64,000 bases of DNA from Phoronis australis. Lineage: Eukaryota > Animalia > Phoronida. The stretch spans positions 400,866 through 464,865 of the forward strand of contig NMRA01000111.1 in the NCBI GenBank assembly GCA_002633005.1, given 5' to 3'. The notes below the pieces were generated by a model that worked only from the letters and a program-made list of their open reading frames with translations, did no database searches and was not told where the DNA came from. Positions 38,000 to 51,277 of this stretch are shown piece after piece. The first letter of the stretch is position 1. Each line of letters begins with the position of its first letter. Position numbers and translations under genes: made by a program.

Positions 38000-40018
38000 A
38001 GGAGAATGCCACCCCAAAACAACCTACTTTGTATCAATTTAGATCGAGTAGTTCCACTCGATAACAGCAAGTTCAGTTCTTTTACCTGACACCTGACGGG
38101 ATAGGCGTTAAAATTAACCAATGATGTAACAGGTTTGAACACAGTCTGTTCAGGAGTTCACAACATGATTACTGGTGTCACCTTATCGCTTGAATTCATC
38201 ATTTTACATCAATAAATCATCAAAATTCGATGTCAAAAACCTTGCAAATACATCGAATTCTTGACCAAGCACTTCGCTGTTACGGATTTATAGGTATTTG
38301 AACGTACCGTAGCCTACAAAGTTCAGAGGGACTAATTACCAAGGTCGGACGCGGGAGTTTGGGGTCTGTTCGGTGATAAGTTCGTATTATTCTTCCCTGA
38401 AATACAGACAGGAATACATAGCTGTGTGTTGCAAATTTATACTTGCGAGTTTTTCAGCTTTAAACACACAAGCCAGTGGCTATGAATCCAATCAGGCCCC
38501 TCGCGGCCGGACTGGGGACATAAGGAACATAAACCAGCCAAAGTTGGAAACTAAACTTTCAGTCACGAAAAACTATAATACTAGTGAGTCAAAGAAACAA
38601 TGCGCAAGTGATTATTATAGAGAGTTAGCCGCGAAACTGCAAATCTACTTACTCGTCGGGGGCCTCGAAATCAGGCACCCGTGTACAGAATCGTGAGGGG
38701 AAGAGTTTTACAGTAACAATGATTCGAATAATGTATATGTATATCTAAATAAAGATACCTCTAACAGCTGACTAAGGATATAAGACCGAGTTATTGGTTT
38801 ACAACAGTTTTCTCTCAGCAATTACTGAATTAGCCTCGGTGCCCGGTCAATTGCATCTAAAGCCGGTAACGCAGTGTTTTATTCATTGCCGGCTTCTCAA
38901 AGCATATGCACTCACTAACACTCCAAAGGCATTACAAGTTGTATCTAATTAGACAGGCTTTGCCTCACTTGCGTTTGCTGCCACGAAATGCGTTCTTGGA
39001 GAAGCGCAGATATGTCTCATTGACCCTCCTGATTTTGCACCGCATCGAAGCAGAGGTGTGCTTACGACGTTTTTAGGGTTAGGAAAAAGTTGGCGAAAAC
39101 ATCCCACACCCATAGGACTAAATAGAAGCCTTAGGAATGAGTAAGTCATCGAACAGGTTATATAGAAAGTTATGGTAATTGTTTATGTAAACAGCACGCC
39201 TGACGCTAACCGATATTTAAAATACTATTTACAAACGTTTTTCAACAAATGTCGTGAAGCAGATGTGTTTCGAATTCAATACTTTCACCAAAAAACTTCA
39301 AGTGGGAAAAACTGTTGACTTTCAGAGAAACAAGACTTAACTCTCACTTGTTGATTCCTTTGTGTGACTGTAAGCTCTGACTAGCTTAACCACAGTATTG
39401 TGTACAGACACAAAGGCTTGCTTGACAAAATTAGTCGAGCGTGAGTCTAAATGAGATTGTGATAGTGGTAATCTCTTTATTTTTACACTACAGGATAATA
39501 GTACGTAATGTTTTCATGGCCAACTACAACTCCATAATCAAAAACTGATCAATTACTGATCCGCGTTTCCTTGTCTCCTGGCTGCCCAACGCAATTACAC
39601 TAGGCACAGCATCTGACTTCAGCCCAAGTCTCTTTCTGCCCTGGCATGAGGTGTTTGGTAAGCCTGCATCCGTAAACGCAACCACTGTTGACGAAATGCC
39701 GGCCACAGACCCGGGGACGTTGCACTGCCGCGAGCCACCTCCGAAGCATTAGGGGCTCTCGAGCAAATAAAAACACGATATACCCGTTTTCCTCGCAGCT
39801 TCATAGTTCGCACAGGCGAGAATGATGCACCACACCATAGCGGCACTCACTCTTCAAAAGAACCACTGACATCGCTGCGTCGTTTCTCACCTTCTTCACC
39901 GTTTAACGCTGTATCTCTCAGCAAGGTAAGATAGACCGTTTATGATGTGAATGATGTGATGCCGATACAGAAATATTACGAGTGTAAAAAGACTAATTAA
40001 ATCAGGTGGAATTTTCCT
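38000..40018. mobile_element. Non-autonomous Kolobok-type element, family B copy 2
   Basis: TTAA flanks; aggagaatgccacc...ggtggaattttcct; minus-strand THAP remnant (VCGRHF, LKSDAVPSV) near 39590-39850. Confidence 0.85.
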
Positions 40019-40459
40019 TTAACGTTAATTGGCACAGACATGCCAAAATTATCTACACTACCTCACTTCAGGACGCTCTGAAGACCTTAAACTACTTGCT
40101 CATCACTTTACATTCTGGCTCTCTACACTCACCATGTTTGCTATTCCAATTCTGGTACTCTTGGCCAATCTTTACAAGGGCCTTGACTTTAGTAATGTTA
40201 TTTGCATTTCGTGTCGTTGAGGACAGTTTCTACTCAATAAACAGCGTTTGCAGTCAACCTTAGTTGAGCTCCTAATTCTACTTAATCCGCAAGTCGACAG
40301 GCTGGCATAAATATGACTTGCTTGTTATACAGTGTGCAAAGCGTTCATTGACGGACAGTGCCTGCTCCAAAGGGAGGCTACACACTCTACTGCACTCAAG
40401 GAAATTGGAAATTCGGATGTTGTTTTACTTTTCCTTCTCAATGCCGATCTTCCAACTTA

Positions 40460-41323
40460 GATGTCAAAATGCCATGAGAGACCTTTATTTATACACATGT
40501 TGAAACTGACACTGAGCTGTTTCCAACATACACCGAACTTAAGGAACGTCACTACAATTGACAGTGAACACGTAAACGTGCACGCGCAGCTGCGACTTAT
40601 AGATGGGGCTCATCAAACGAAAGCAGTTTATAATGAAGAGGTCGCAGACGCCGTCCTTCCTCTTCATGTCATTACTGGACGTGACCACACATCATGGTGG
40701 TTTTACCGACATGACGAGAAGAATGTATCGGAGAAAGTATTGGACGATGCAACTTTACGAACGGTCCCTAAAAGACTAGTGAGTGAATTTAGTCGGCGGT
40801 AACATAAGAAGCTTTGTACTCTCTCTAAGCTATGGAAGCTGCCCTTAATCCTTTGTATGGTCAGGACTCAAAACGGTACGAGCTGAAACAGAAAACCACG
40901 ATACACCTTTCTCCGGATGAAGATTCACTCAATCAGCATCTGCAGAGAACAAATTACTAAACGTAATATTTGATCAATTTCAACTCATTTTAGCACCCTT
41001 CCGATATCGATCATAGTTAGGAAGTTATTAACGGAAAGTGTCAACCTATAACGTAAACTCGACTGCCCCTAAACCATAATTGGATAAAATCAGTGACGAG
41101 GAAGTAGCAGAGATCTCTCATCGTCTCATCAAATGACAACTGATTTCAGACAAAATTATTTTGAAAATTATGAATACATGATTGTTAGCATCAAAACATT
41201 TATTAATAATTTTGTTTCGAGACTGATTCAGCTTCAATAGATCTTTCACTTGACACCAACGTGGACACTTTAAATGCATGTTAAAAATTCGATCTTCAAA
41301 AACGAAAAAATGGTATCCATCTA
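40460..41323 (+). mobile_element. Second Academ remnant (XPG-like region)
   Basis: AVLPLHVITGRDHTS (HxxTGCD-like) and LSPDEDSLNQHLQRTNY; 41205-41272 is an imperfect inverted repeat of about 36772-36838, possibly the other arm. Confidence 0.6.
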
Positions 41324-43499
41324 GGACCTAAAAGGTCAGGCATTCGTTAAAACATTGAAGGGAGAAGAAATTTTATTTTCCTACCCAGAAACTTGCCGAT
41401 TTACATAGTTTACATTGTTCATTGCCAACCAACGGCGGCCTTGTTAGATTTTGACATCTCCCGAGAATTCCCCGCAATTACAAGATGGTCATGGAAGCTT
41501 AATTTGTTCACTGAAAACAAGATTAGCATTCCACGGTCAATAAAGAGTTACACACATGTATGACCAACTATTTGTATTTCTAGACGCCAGTCTATTGAAA
41601 TGGTATGCAATTACACATTGCCCTTGTACACAAATTATATTTCATAATTTCAGTTACACTAGCATTACAGCTGGCAAGTCAAAATCAACAATTTGTCGGT
41701 TTAACGGCATGTGAGAATCCAATTAGAAATGATGAGAATCAAATTAGATATGATGATAAGTTGTTACCAGGCTGAAGGATATGTACACTGTACATCTTTT
41801 CCATGGAGGCCACGTAATTTGCCACCAAAACCAACAATTTCAGATTTGAAAAAACAATTGGAATTAAGGGCTAAAATACCACAAGTGTGTGCACTTTTTT
41901 GAAGATGCAACATGCATATGGTCACTTAGACTTCATTAATACTAATATGCTGCGTGGATAAAAGTTATGGTAGTATTTTGGTGGTAATAGTCAGTCCCTC
42001 ATTTTAGAACCAATTAGTCCCACTAAATAATGGTTCATTCTGTGTAACGGGGTCAGGGTATTACCCAGCAACCTGCACACTCTCCCATTGGTGGGCAGAT
42101 GCTGAATTTGGTGGACAACATTTGCCACAGTTGCTGCGCCGGCGAGTAACTTCAGGCAAAGTCTCAAGGAAGTTGGATACTCTAGTGTTTCCCAGCTTAA
42201 AATCCACTCCTATCTGGAGGCCCTCCTCGGCACGGCGGGTGCACACAATATCCTAGGTAAGCATAATGACCAGCTGTGGAAGTAACTGATTAGTCTTTCA
42301 GGGAATCCACAGACTGACTGACCATGTATTATNGGGGGTGAAATCCTGTATGCCCCAGTGCATCACTATAAACAACTGAATTGCTAAGTCAAATGATATA
42401 CCCGTGCTGTGTCCGTTGTTGGAGTCTAGGTTAGCCTAGGGCCATTCAATACACTTAGTGTCTTGTGTCAGTTACAAGCGGGAAATGCAATAACTCATTG
42501 GTTTTCACTTTTGAATTATTGTCACTAAGCGTCTTGTTTTTAGCTTATTACAGGAACTACTTTCCATGTATCATAGCATTTTAAATTCCAATTTTAACAG
42601 ACGACCCTGCGAGCCACGATTTCTTTTCACTTCTGCTGTAGGGAATTGCATAGGTCTTGAGATCATAATGTCATTATTTGTTAGGAATCCCAATATGTTG
42701 ATATTTAATACCTGGATATCCTCTTGAGGCCCAAAGCAATCCGGTCAAACTGGTAAAAATAAATCATGTACCCAGAGTACTTGTTAAGGTTGGAAGTAAT
42801 TGATGTAGTCACGATCATTTAGATATTACATGCTATCTCAGCTAAGTTCAGTGGATCACTCTGAGGCAAGACACACATCTGTAGTGACTTGGCACTGCGA
42901 AGTTCTGCAAAAAGTGTATGTTTCTCCGAGAGTATCAAAAACTACCTTACTGTCATTTTCCAGAGAATTGAACATCAAAGCACACATTGCAAGAACTACG
43001 CAAGCGATATGAAGAAGGATAAACGGTTTAAGGAGGGAGACTGGCTGAAACCGCAGCAGGATAAAGATTTCGTTTCACGCTTGGCTGCCTTGAACCGCCA
43101 TGGAAAGTTGTCAAATTATGAGGAGAGTGAATTTGACAGCATTTTCGAGGAAGACTTCAGGTTTAAGCTTGGCAGGAAGGTTGTGCAATCTGTTGAGTTG
43201 CTTAAGTCATTTAAGCAATTGATAGTGATGTAATGTTGTAGAAACTGAGGCAATAAAGCAACACGTGTTGCGATTTAGTCAGCCAAAGCACGAGTGGGTT
43301 CAGTAAAACAGGATATTTAATCTGGGTTCTTTTTTATTACAATGCAGAACATAAATAAAGACATGTAACACAAAATACAAGCCATTCTCTCTCTTAACAA
43401 ACACGCACCCACGCACGCACACGCCCCCTCAACATACCCACACACTTTTAGTAGGATGTTTTCAGGAAAAAGTTTTGGTAAACCAGTTTCTCTAGGTTA

Positions 43500-44162
43500 C
43501 CTGGTATTCATCTAAATTACTATTATTTAATAAAAATTCATTCTTCTTTGAATATAAAATTCTCTGTCTAATATTGAAGTAACTAAGCACAACAATACAA
43601 TCTGGCTCTCTGATTGGTCAATTCAATAGAAAAGCGCCATCAAGTGGCAGGAATGTGCATCATATTTTGTTTAACAAAAACCCTTTTTTTTAAAAATGTG
43701 CAAGTGTAGACGTGGGAACTTTTTGGAATTTGATTTATAGGTACATTATCTAGCCACATAGAAAAAACTACGTTGCTCCCCAAAGTACTCACAAGGATGA
43801 ACGCTATGAGATCTGGCCCACCGACTAAGAGGCGAGAATCCCTTAAAAACACAATAACGCGTAAAACTTCGCGAGATATCGCCATGTATTACAACATTAT
43901 TAGCGAGATTCTTGCTTCAACCGAAGTTGCCGTTGTCTGGAAACGTAGATGTGTTTTCTGTTTTCATTGGTTGGTTTCATTTGGATGTAAAGTGACGCAT
44001 CCGTCTTTATTTAAAAGGGAAGATAAGTTCCCAGGTTACCTAGTTTGTCCAAACTGTCGGTTTTACACCTTTATACGATTTTATCGTTTGTGCCTGGTAT
44101 TCATCTAAATTACTATTTTTTAATAAAATTATTCTTTGAATATAAAATTCTCTGTCTAATAT
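43500..44162. repeat. ~70-bp direct repeat (about 43500-43572 and 44093-44162) bounding a probable TE fragment
   Basis: cctggtattcatctaaattactatt...ttctttgaatataaaattctctgtctaata occurs twice. Confidence 0.7.
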
Positions 44163-45419
44163 CTTAAGGAAATGACAGAAACTAGAGATTATTTTTTACA
44201 CTTAGATACGTAAATAAAACATTTTAACTGCAAAAGTATAAAATTTAAAACTTTATCTTCGTTACTTATGGTCGTGTCAAAAATCATTGTTTTCTGTCAA
44301 TAACCATCTTTATACCATTTACCAACAACACCCAGCTGCGTAATTCTTCTATTATTTTTTATATTATTACATTCGAAAAGGATGTGATGTACTGTTTCAG
44401 TTTGTGACTGGCATAACATACATGTACATCAGAGTTAATTTTTAGTTTTAAAGAAAAGTGTTTATAATAAGTATTCTATGTAATAGTTTAAATTGCAGTG
44501 TACAAAAATTGAAATCGTAAGTAGTTTTAAAAGACAATGAATATATTTTTTTTTCTGGCCAAAACTTCGATATCCATTTTTAGGTTTTATTTAAAGACGC
44601 TGGTTCTTCAGTTTTCATCTTTCAAATTCATACTACAATCAACCTAACTTAACTAAAAGCGAGGCCTTATCTGAGTGTTGACTTAAGTAAAAGTTAAAAG
44701 GAAAGGTTATGAATTTGGCAGACTGGCGAGTTATATGCACCATATGTGATGTGTTAAGCGAAGGGACCTGAATTTTGAAAGGTTGACTTTGGGAGTATCG
44801 CACTTGAGCCAATTCTCTGGCATTTAGATCAGTTGCCACATCTTGATATCTCGACTTTTCCATGCTACTTTGTTTCAGTTAACTAGATAGAAAGTATTAC
44901 ACCAGATTGCAGTCACATTAAATATCATTTTTGACTTGAAACTGGTCCCAACATTATATATCCAGAAACTGCAAACTTGAGCAGAGTGTTTGACAGTACA
45001 GCTTAAGCATTTCAAACAAAATTTGATAGTGTTGTTGATGCCATTGTTTTGCTATCAAAGTGCCCTTTCGTTCTCGCTAAACTTTACTAACGTGATCCAG
45101 AGTTGCAAAAAGTCAAATTCTCTAGGCTGTTTACGTTCAGGCAACAAATAATTCCAATGAACTGGGAGAAGAGTTTACTTGAGGTGACCGTTGCAAGACA
45201 GTGCCATTCAATTCTTTGGGCGCAAATTTGCATCTCGTTTTGTTAAGTTTCCAAGGATGATGGACTCAGTAAGAGTTGCATTATGGTTTTGTCTGTAGTT
45301 AATGATGTTTTAAGTTATTCACCAGAAAGATTTTAACAGGCTCAAGTTGTTCAACGAAATGTGTTGAATCTTTTGCTGCTCAGCCGTTAATGTCCCGGCA
45401 TAATACCTTCCTCACTGAC

Positions 45420-45534
45420 CTCCAAGAGAATGTGAGTCACTTGTTTGTCCTTGGCGTAGAATGAAGATTCAAACGCTGTCTTAACATGCGAAACGCCACC
45501 GGGGTTTCGGTAGCTGCCCCTTACATACTGAGTA
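45420..45534 (-). CDS. Candidate exon TQYVRGSYRNPGGVSHVKTAFESSFYAKDKQVTHILLE
   Basis: attcttttag| and GAG|gtcagt; phase-2 start fits the end of 47727-47811, but other phase-2 acceptors exist. Confidence 0.35.
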
Positions 45535-47726
45535 CTAAAAGAATCTATTATGTTCTGGGTAAGAGTTGTGAATACCAAAAGTACAAGCAGTGCACTGCCT
45601 TAGACATTAGACATCATTTATACCAGCCACGATGTCACAACGCCACGATGATGCATATGCAACACGAACAACGGATTTAACTCTAGACAACTAACGGCTT
45701 GTGTTGCTTTCAAATTCAACTGGCACTGAACGGGAAGTGATATTGCAGGTCACATTCTAGAACTCCAACGGCTGACCTTTTTTAGTACCAAAACACCGAA
45801 TCAGGGCACTGAAGTTTCAACTAACAGACCAGAGGGCACATGTATAAGTACAGTAGCCGGGCTAGGCGTACTAAGCGAGAATTCGCCAGAATCTTCCTTG
45901 AAATTTTCAACCCAAGTATCTGCGTGCTCTATATAACAAAATGAGGTGCTCCTTCTTCCAAACGACCAATTTCAATCATGGTCTTACTCAAATGCTTCGT
46001 TGTATAGTCATATTTTCCAAAGTAGCCTCATAGGACGACATACGTCGGGCATCCTCGGTTAAAAGTTATTTGAAGTATTGGTCATTGAATTGTAAGAGTT
46101 GAAAAATTTAGACACATTTCTTTCGCAGGAAGTGTCATTTAGAATTACGCCATTTACATTGAGTCTAGCAATCAGAAATCCTGATGTCGGATATAAAAAC
46201 ACTTCGCTAGTCACTAAATTAAGGAAGGAGTGAAATTTGTAAACACATTCACGGGTGCCAGTTTTCGGAAAAGCGGCCCTTCGGACTATCGGGGACCCTT
46301 TTGTTTCAGACTCTCCGGCCTTTGGAAAAATAACACAATCGAGCATAACCCGAAATAATTATGCCGTTCGTGCGGGCAAAATGGTACACCACGGTATGGA
46401 AGAAGTGCTTCATGGGGGCATGAAAACTTTAGCTTATTCAATACCGCGTTGCCTCCTATGAACTACAAAATATAATATGTAATTAATTCTATTAAAAGAT
46501 AATACAAATAGAATATTGAGAGTGGTAAATAAGCGATCTAGTTTAGAGATGGAGCAGCAGAATTGGACCAGGGTATAGCATGGCCATTTAACGGAAAAGT
46601 GACTTTCAATCTGATTACACTGATGTATAAACCCGTTTTGAAAATTTAGTAACTCTCTGTTAAAAAATAAAGCGTGTATAATTTTACTGAAACATTGGAT
46701 ACAAACTGCAAAAGACATGCGTGCTATCAACCACGTCAATTCCGAACAGAACCGGACACCGTGTTTTTGATCCACTGCTTCTGGTTCTACCCTGGCAGTG
46801 CCAAGACTGAACGACATCGTAAAAAATGACAGCCAATTATATGATTGTTGGCTTATCGTCATGTGAGGCATTTATTATAATTTAAGATGTAGTTTATGAT
46901 TCTGCCAGCTGCAGTCTGTGATTGAAGCCTGTAGGAACTGCTTCGTTGTACCCAAGAAATAGTAAAAGGGGGGCAGCACATAAATGATGTTACTATCCTT
47001 GCAAGGTATAAGGTCGTCCAAGACGAATTTCGTTGACTGATAGCTTGCCTCTTAAGTGTTGCGCCACAAGGCATTGTCAACTGCAATAAAAGGGCGTCGG
47101 GGATGGTGCGATACCATCGACTCGTATTCTGACATTCTGTCACGAACTAAATTGACCTTCAAATTGCATAGCGGGTAACTATATACTACCGTCAAATGTT
47201 AGCTCGCAAAGGAATGTTGCCAGAATGGACCGTCACTGCTCCACACATGGGATGACAATAGTAGTTGGTACGAAGAATAACCAACAATTATCCTGATTCC
47301 TAGTGTGGCTATCAGGATTGTCGTTCAAATGTCGCTGAGACTGACCTTGGGATGGTAGATTAGAACACAAAACATAGTTAGTCCGTACGCATTGATTTTA
47401 TCCGCTGTCTTGTGTTTTTTAAAGCTGTACAAAAACAGGTGAATCAGAATGAAATATGAAAACACAACTTAAATGTCGAGTTACCAATTTGCTCCTGTTT
47501 CAATGTAAATTAAGCCGAATTTGATGTAACTTAAGGAACTATTTCCCGCAAGTACACTTTATTGAAGATGTGTCCACCTTTCCTAATAATATAAAACCAG
47601 AGTAAAACCAGAGATAATTAACACAGCCCCAAGTGGTTTTGATTTTGTTTCTAACGTGAATGTAAAACCAGTATATTATTGAAAAACTCATCAAGTTTTG
47701 ACCGGTGCACTTTTACCGCGACTTAC

Positions 47727-47811
47727 CGATTTTCGATAGCATTTTTCAACTCTGTGTTGTATGCCGGTAAAATATCACCTTGGAATTGTACTCGCAGAAA
47801 CACACCAGAGA
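47727..47811 (-). CDS. Post-catalytic exon (V)SGVFLRVQFQGDILPAYNTELKNAIENR
   Basis: cattttccag| and CG|gtaagt; 85 nt, phase 1-2, open in the frame set by the previous exon. Confidence 0.7.
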
Positions 47812-47895
47812 CTGGAAAATGCCATTACGTCTACATGTATGTAGTATCATCTAAACACGCAGGCCACTGAATTCGTCATAAAGTTCAATGCTTAC

Positions 47896-47943
47896 CTGAA
47901 TTGATCGCCACTTTAATACTAGGGAAAAGTGGTCCTGTTCCAA
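47896..47943 (-). CDS. 48-nt linker exon (V)GTGPLFPSIKVAINS
   Basis: T-rich acceptor ttttag| and CAG|gtaagc; phase 1-1. Confidence 0.75.
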
Positions 47944-48346
47944 CTAAAAAAAATACAAACATAATAGTGATGGAAACTGTTCTAAAACAAACTGAATACA
48001 AGTGGTGTAAAGTTATATATGCGTATTTATGCCCATGAGCATACAGTGTACTTATCACCTCGACCTTTACATCATGCTGGCTGCTGTACCTTTGAGAATG
48101 GGTAGTCAGGATGTCACTGAGGACAATGGAGCTATTTGACTATTCATTTAATACACTGTAGCTTGTTCCATTCTTAAGAAGCCGTTTAGCCTCAATGATC
48201 GTCGATAATATAACACATGGCACTCCAGTGTTCCGCGTATACGCGGTTCTTCAGACTCCAATTCCGTAGTTATTCATGTACCGGTAAACATGCAACTACA
48301 TGTATGTGCACTGTGCATCTGGTGCTGCTCTGGACATTGAACTTAC

Positions 48347-48556
48347 CCTTGCAACCATAGAGAAGTTGAATCATTTTGATATCTGTGGGGCTCAGGATCA
48401 CACGTTGTCCAATCTCGACTCCGCTCTGTTTAGGTGTAATTGTTGGCTTGTCATTTTTGCTGAATGCATACGCTGGATAATGCATGACACTACCGTAGTC
48501 ATAAGATTGATTCAGATGGTCAAGGGAAAGATGCTTTTCAAAATTTTCGTCATACC
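48347..48556 (-). CDS. Astacin catalytic domain, C-terminal exon (Met-turn)
   Basis: YDENFEK...YDYGSVMHYPAYAFSKNDKPTITP...IGQRVILSPTDIKMIQLLYGC; ttttcag| and |gtaagt; 210 nt. Confidence 0.96.
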
Positions 48557-49035
48557 CTGAAAACAAATTCCAAGATGAAGGTTGGCTGTGTAAGTACAGT
48601 TTAGTGCTCTAGTGGCGTGTAGTTGCAAGTAGGCGCACCCAACCACCTTTTTGCATTTTAACGTAGCGCCTACGCACCCTACGTTACGGTATAGCGGGGA
48701 GTACGTCCATGTAATCGCAGCCAAACACTCTTTTTACATTTTGACACAGCGCGTACGCACCGTACGTAACGGTGTAGTGGTGTAGTCGTGAAACGATAGC
48801 TTACGGTATCGATGCACTGCGACGACGACAGCATTGCTCGATGATTCCTTGGGTATCCGCTATGGGTTTGAGGATACGCAGGTATCACTCAGTAGCACAC
48901 GTTTTATCACTGGCTGATGTGACCTCGGCAGTCCTTGGTTAGCTTTACAACAAAGAAAGCCTTGTCATGCCACAGGCGTCTGCAACTTTTGATTATACCT
49001 AATACTTTACACATTTACATGCGCATATGGATATG

Positions 49036-49037
<2 letters not shown>

Positions 49038-49112
<75 letters not shown>
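49038..49112. repeat. (TA)n microsatellite, probably the tail of the adjacent LINE
   Basis: Direct reading; abuts a minus-strand AATAAA at the LINE 3' end. Confidence 0.95.
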
Positions 49113-49116
<4 letters not shown>

Positions 49117-49960
49117 TCAATAACTAGGCCTCCGGCCCTTATTACAATCAAATCATCAAATACAATAAAGGTAAGTGTCAAACACTCGAAGTAAACCGAA
49201 TTCTTCTTCGCTTGAATGCGAAATGAACGTAATGTTGACCATAAAAGATCTTTTTCCTCCATAGTCATGAGTCTGTTGAATTTTGTAACATTGGGATTGT
49301 TGTAGCTCCATGCAGGTAAATACCGTTTCCTAAGGTCATCGTAGAATGGCCATTCGGAGACAAAATGATATTCTGACTCGACATTTGTCCTAATACAGAG
49401 AGGGCATAACCTTTCTGGTCTGCTAAGTTTCAAGTGTCTACCTTTTTCAATCATTAGTGCTTGCGCTGAACATCTTAATCTTACCACATTTACAATGTAA
49501 ATTACATCTAAATAGTTTTCAAAACATATATTTAACTTAAAAGTTCTGTAAGTTTGAAGCTTAATCGAATAGTTCAAAATTTCTTGCCATTTTTGCTGAT
49601 CAATATCTTTGCATCTTTGTTTAAAAACCAATATGAAGCTTGTCTCGGAACATACACCCTGATTGTATCATGCTTCTCCAAAACCAAACTGAAATAGCAA
49701 TTTCTTATCATCATTTAACCCAGCACGGTTTATTAACATTTTCAGTGATATTATACTGCCATTCATAGCAATAATATGTAATTTTAGAGGCATTGGTTTT
49801 TAATAGTTTTAACCAATATTTATGATTTCTAGGAAGTCGGTAAGCAATCAAGGAGTAACGACTCATCTCACCTCTAACAGTCGACTAAATTGCCGTGCTA
49901 GTCAAATTTAAAATTTATTTACAAAATTTTGTGTGGACTATTTCAATACCCCGATTATAC
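49113..49960 (-). mobile_element. 3' fragment of an RTE-X-like LINE
   Basis: KLQTYRTFK...ENYL...RLRCSAQALMIEKGRH...ERLCPLC...VESEYHF...YDDLR. Confidence 0.85.
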
Positions 49961-50115
49961 GAGTGGATCATGCAGGTAGTTAGTTTTGAGTTTCAATTTT
50001 GCAGCAGGACCTTAATTCTCCAAAAATACAGAGGCCATTTTCCACAACCATTTCTTAAACAAAAGTATTGAACTAGTATTTACCAACATGTATAATAAAA
50101 TAATGAATGAATCAC

Positions 50116-50291
50116 CTTTCAAAATATTCTGGTAGTGAACAGTCACGTAATTGTCTCTATCAAGGCGTGATTGCTCGTGTTCAAAGCCCAGGGCGTGCAT
50201 AAGCTCATGCATCGTCGTTCCTTTTCTTTCACATCCAACCCCTAAAGACAGGTATTGCTCAGTTTCCATTCGTCCTACAGAAGAGGAGCAT
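50116..50291 (-). CDS. Astacin catalytic domain, zinc-binding exon
   Basis: CSSSVGR...QYLSLGVGC...HELMHALGFEHEQSRLDRDNYV = HExxHxxGFxHExxRxDRD; tttcag| and |gtgatt; 176 nt, phase 2-1. Confidence 0.97.
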
Positions 50292-50798
50292 CTGAAACAA
50301 AAATTTCACTGAATAGTGTGTGTTATTTTTTAATTATTCATTTTTCAAAATAGTAAAAAGTAGACCAAGGAAAATAAATGCTTTAGTACAAGCATCATGT
50401 ATACAAACATAAAACCCCACACGATCATAAAAGTCATCTAATTGCTTGCTGCAGGAAACTAATAAGTGTTTCTAAATAAACATTTAGAGGGGTTTGGACA
50501 TTTCTCAGAATACAGGTGGCACTTAACCAAAACATTTGGTTTTTATTTGTTTTGACTTTCTTCCTAAGAAATCAAGAGGTGATGGTAGAAGATATCAAGA
50601 CATAAAAGAGGCAACTTATTCTTATTATCATCATTCGACTTACCATATCATTTCAAAATGTAGTTTAGAACACTTACAGAGCATTTACATCTTGAACTGA
50701 AAAACCATCATTTTCATGGGACTTTACGGAATTTACTTTTGTCAGCTTAATGTTGCCGATGAAAATTTTATTATAGTGTTAATTTTTTGTAGGGAAAA

Positions 50799-51173
50799 AG
50801 AGAGAGGGGGAGAGAGAGAGAGGGAGAGGGAGAGAGAGAGAGAGAGAGAGGGNNNNNNNNNNNNNNNNNNNNNNNNNNNNNNNNNNNNNNNNNNNNNNNN
50901 NNNNNNNNNNNNNNNNNNNNNNNNNNNNNNNNNNNNNNNNNNNNNNNNNNNNNNNNNNNNNNNNNNNNNNNNNNNNNNNNNNNNNNNNNNNNNNNNNNNN
51001 NNNNNNNNNNNNNNNNNNNNNNNNNNNNNNNNNNNNNNNNNNNNNNNNNNNNNNNNNNNNNNNNNNNNNNNNNNNNNNNNNNNNNNNNNNNNNNNNNNNN
51101 NNNNNNNNNNNNNNNNNNNNNNNNNNNNNNNNNNNNNNNNNNNNNNNNNNNNNNNNNNNNNNNNNNNNNNNNN

Positions 51174-51262
<89 letters not shown>

Positions 51263-51277
51263 ATGGAGAGGGAGAGC
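50799..51277. repeat. (GA)n microsatellite spanning a 321-N assembly gap (50853-51173)
   Basis: Direct reading. Confidence 0.95.

Noticed and set aside
48935-49123. ORF with YIYI repeats
   Set aside because: Translation of the (TA)n microsatellite.
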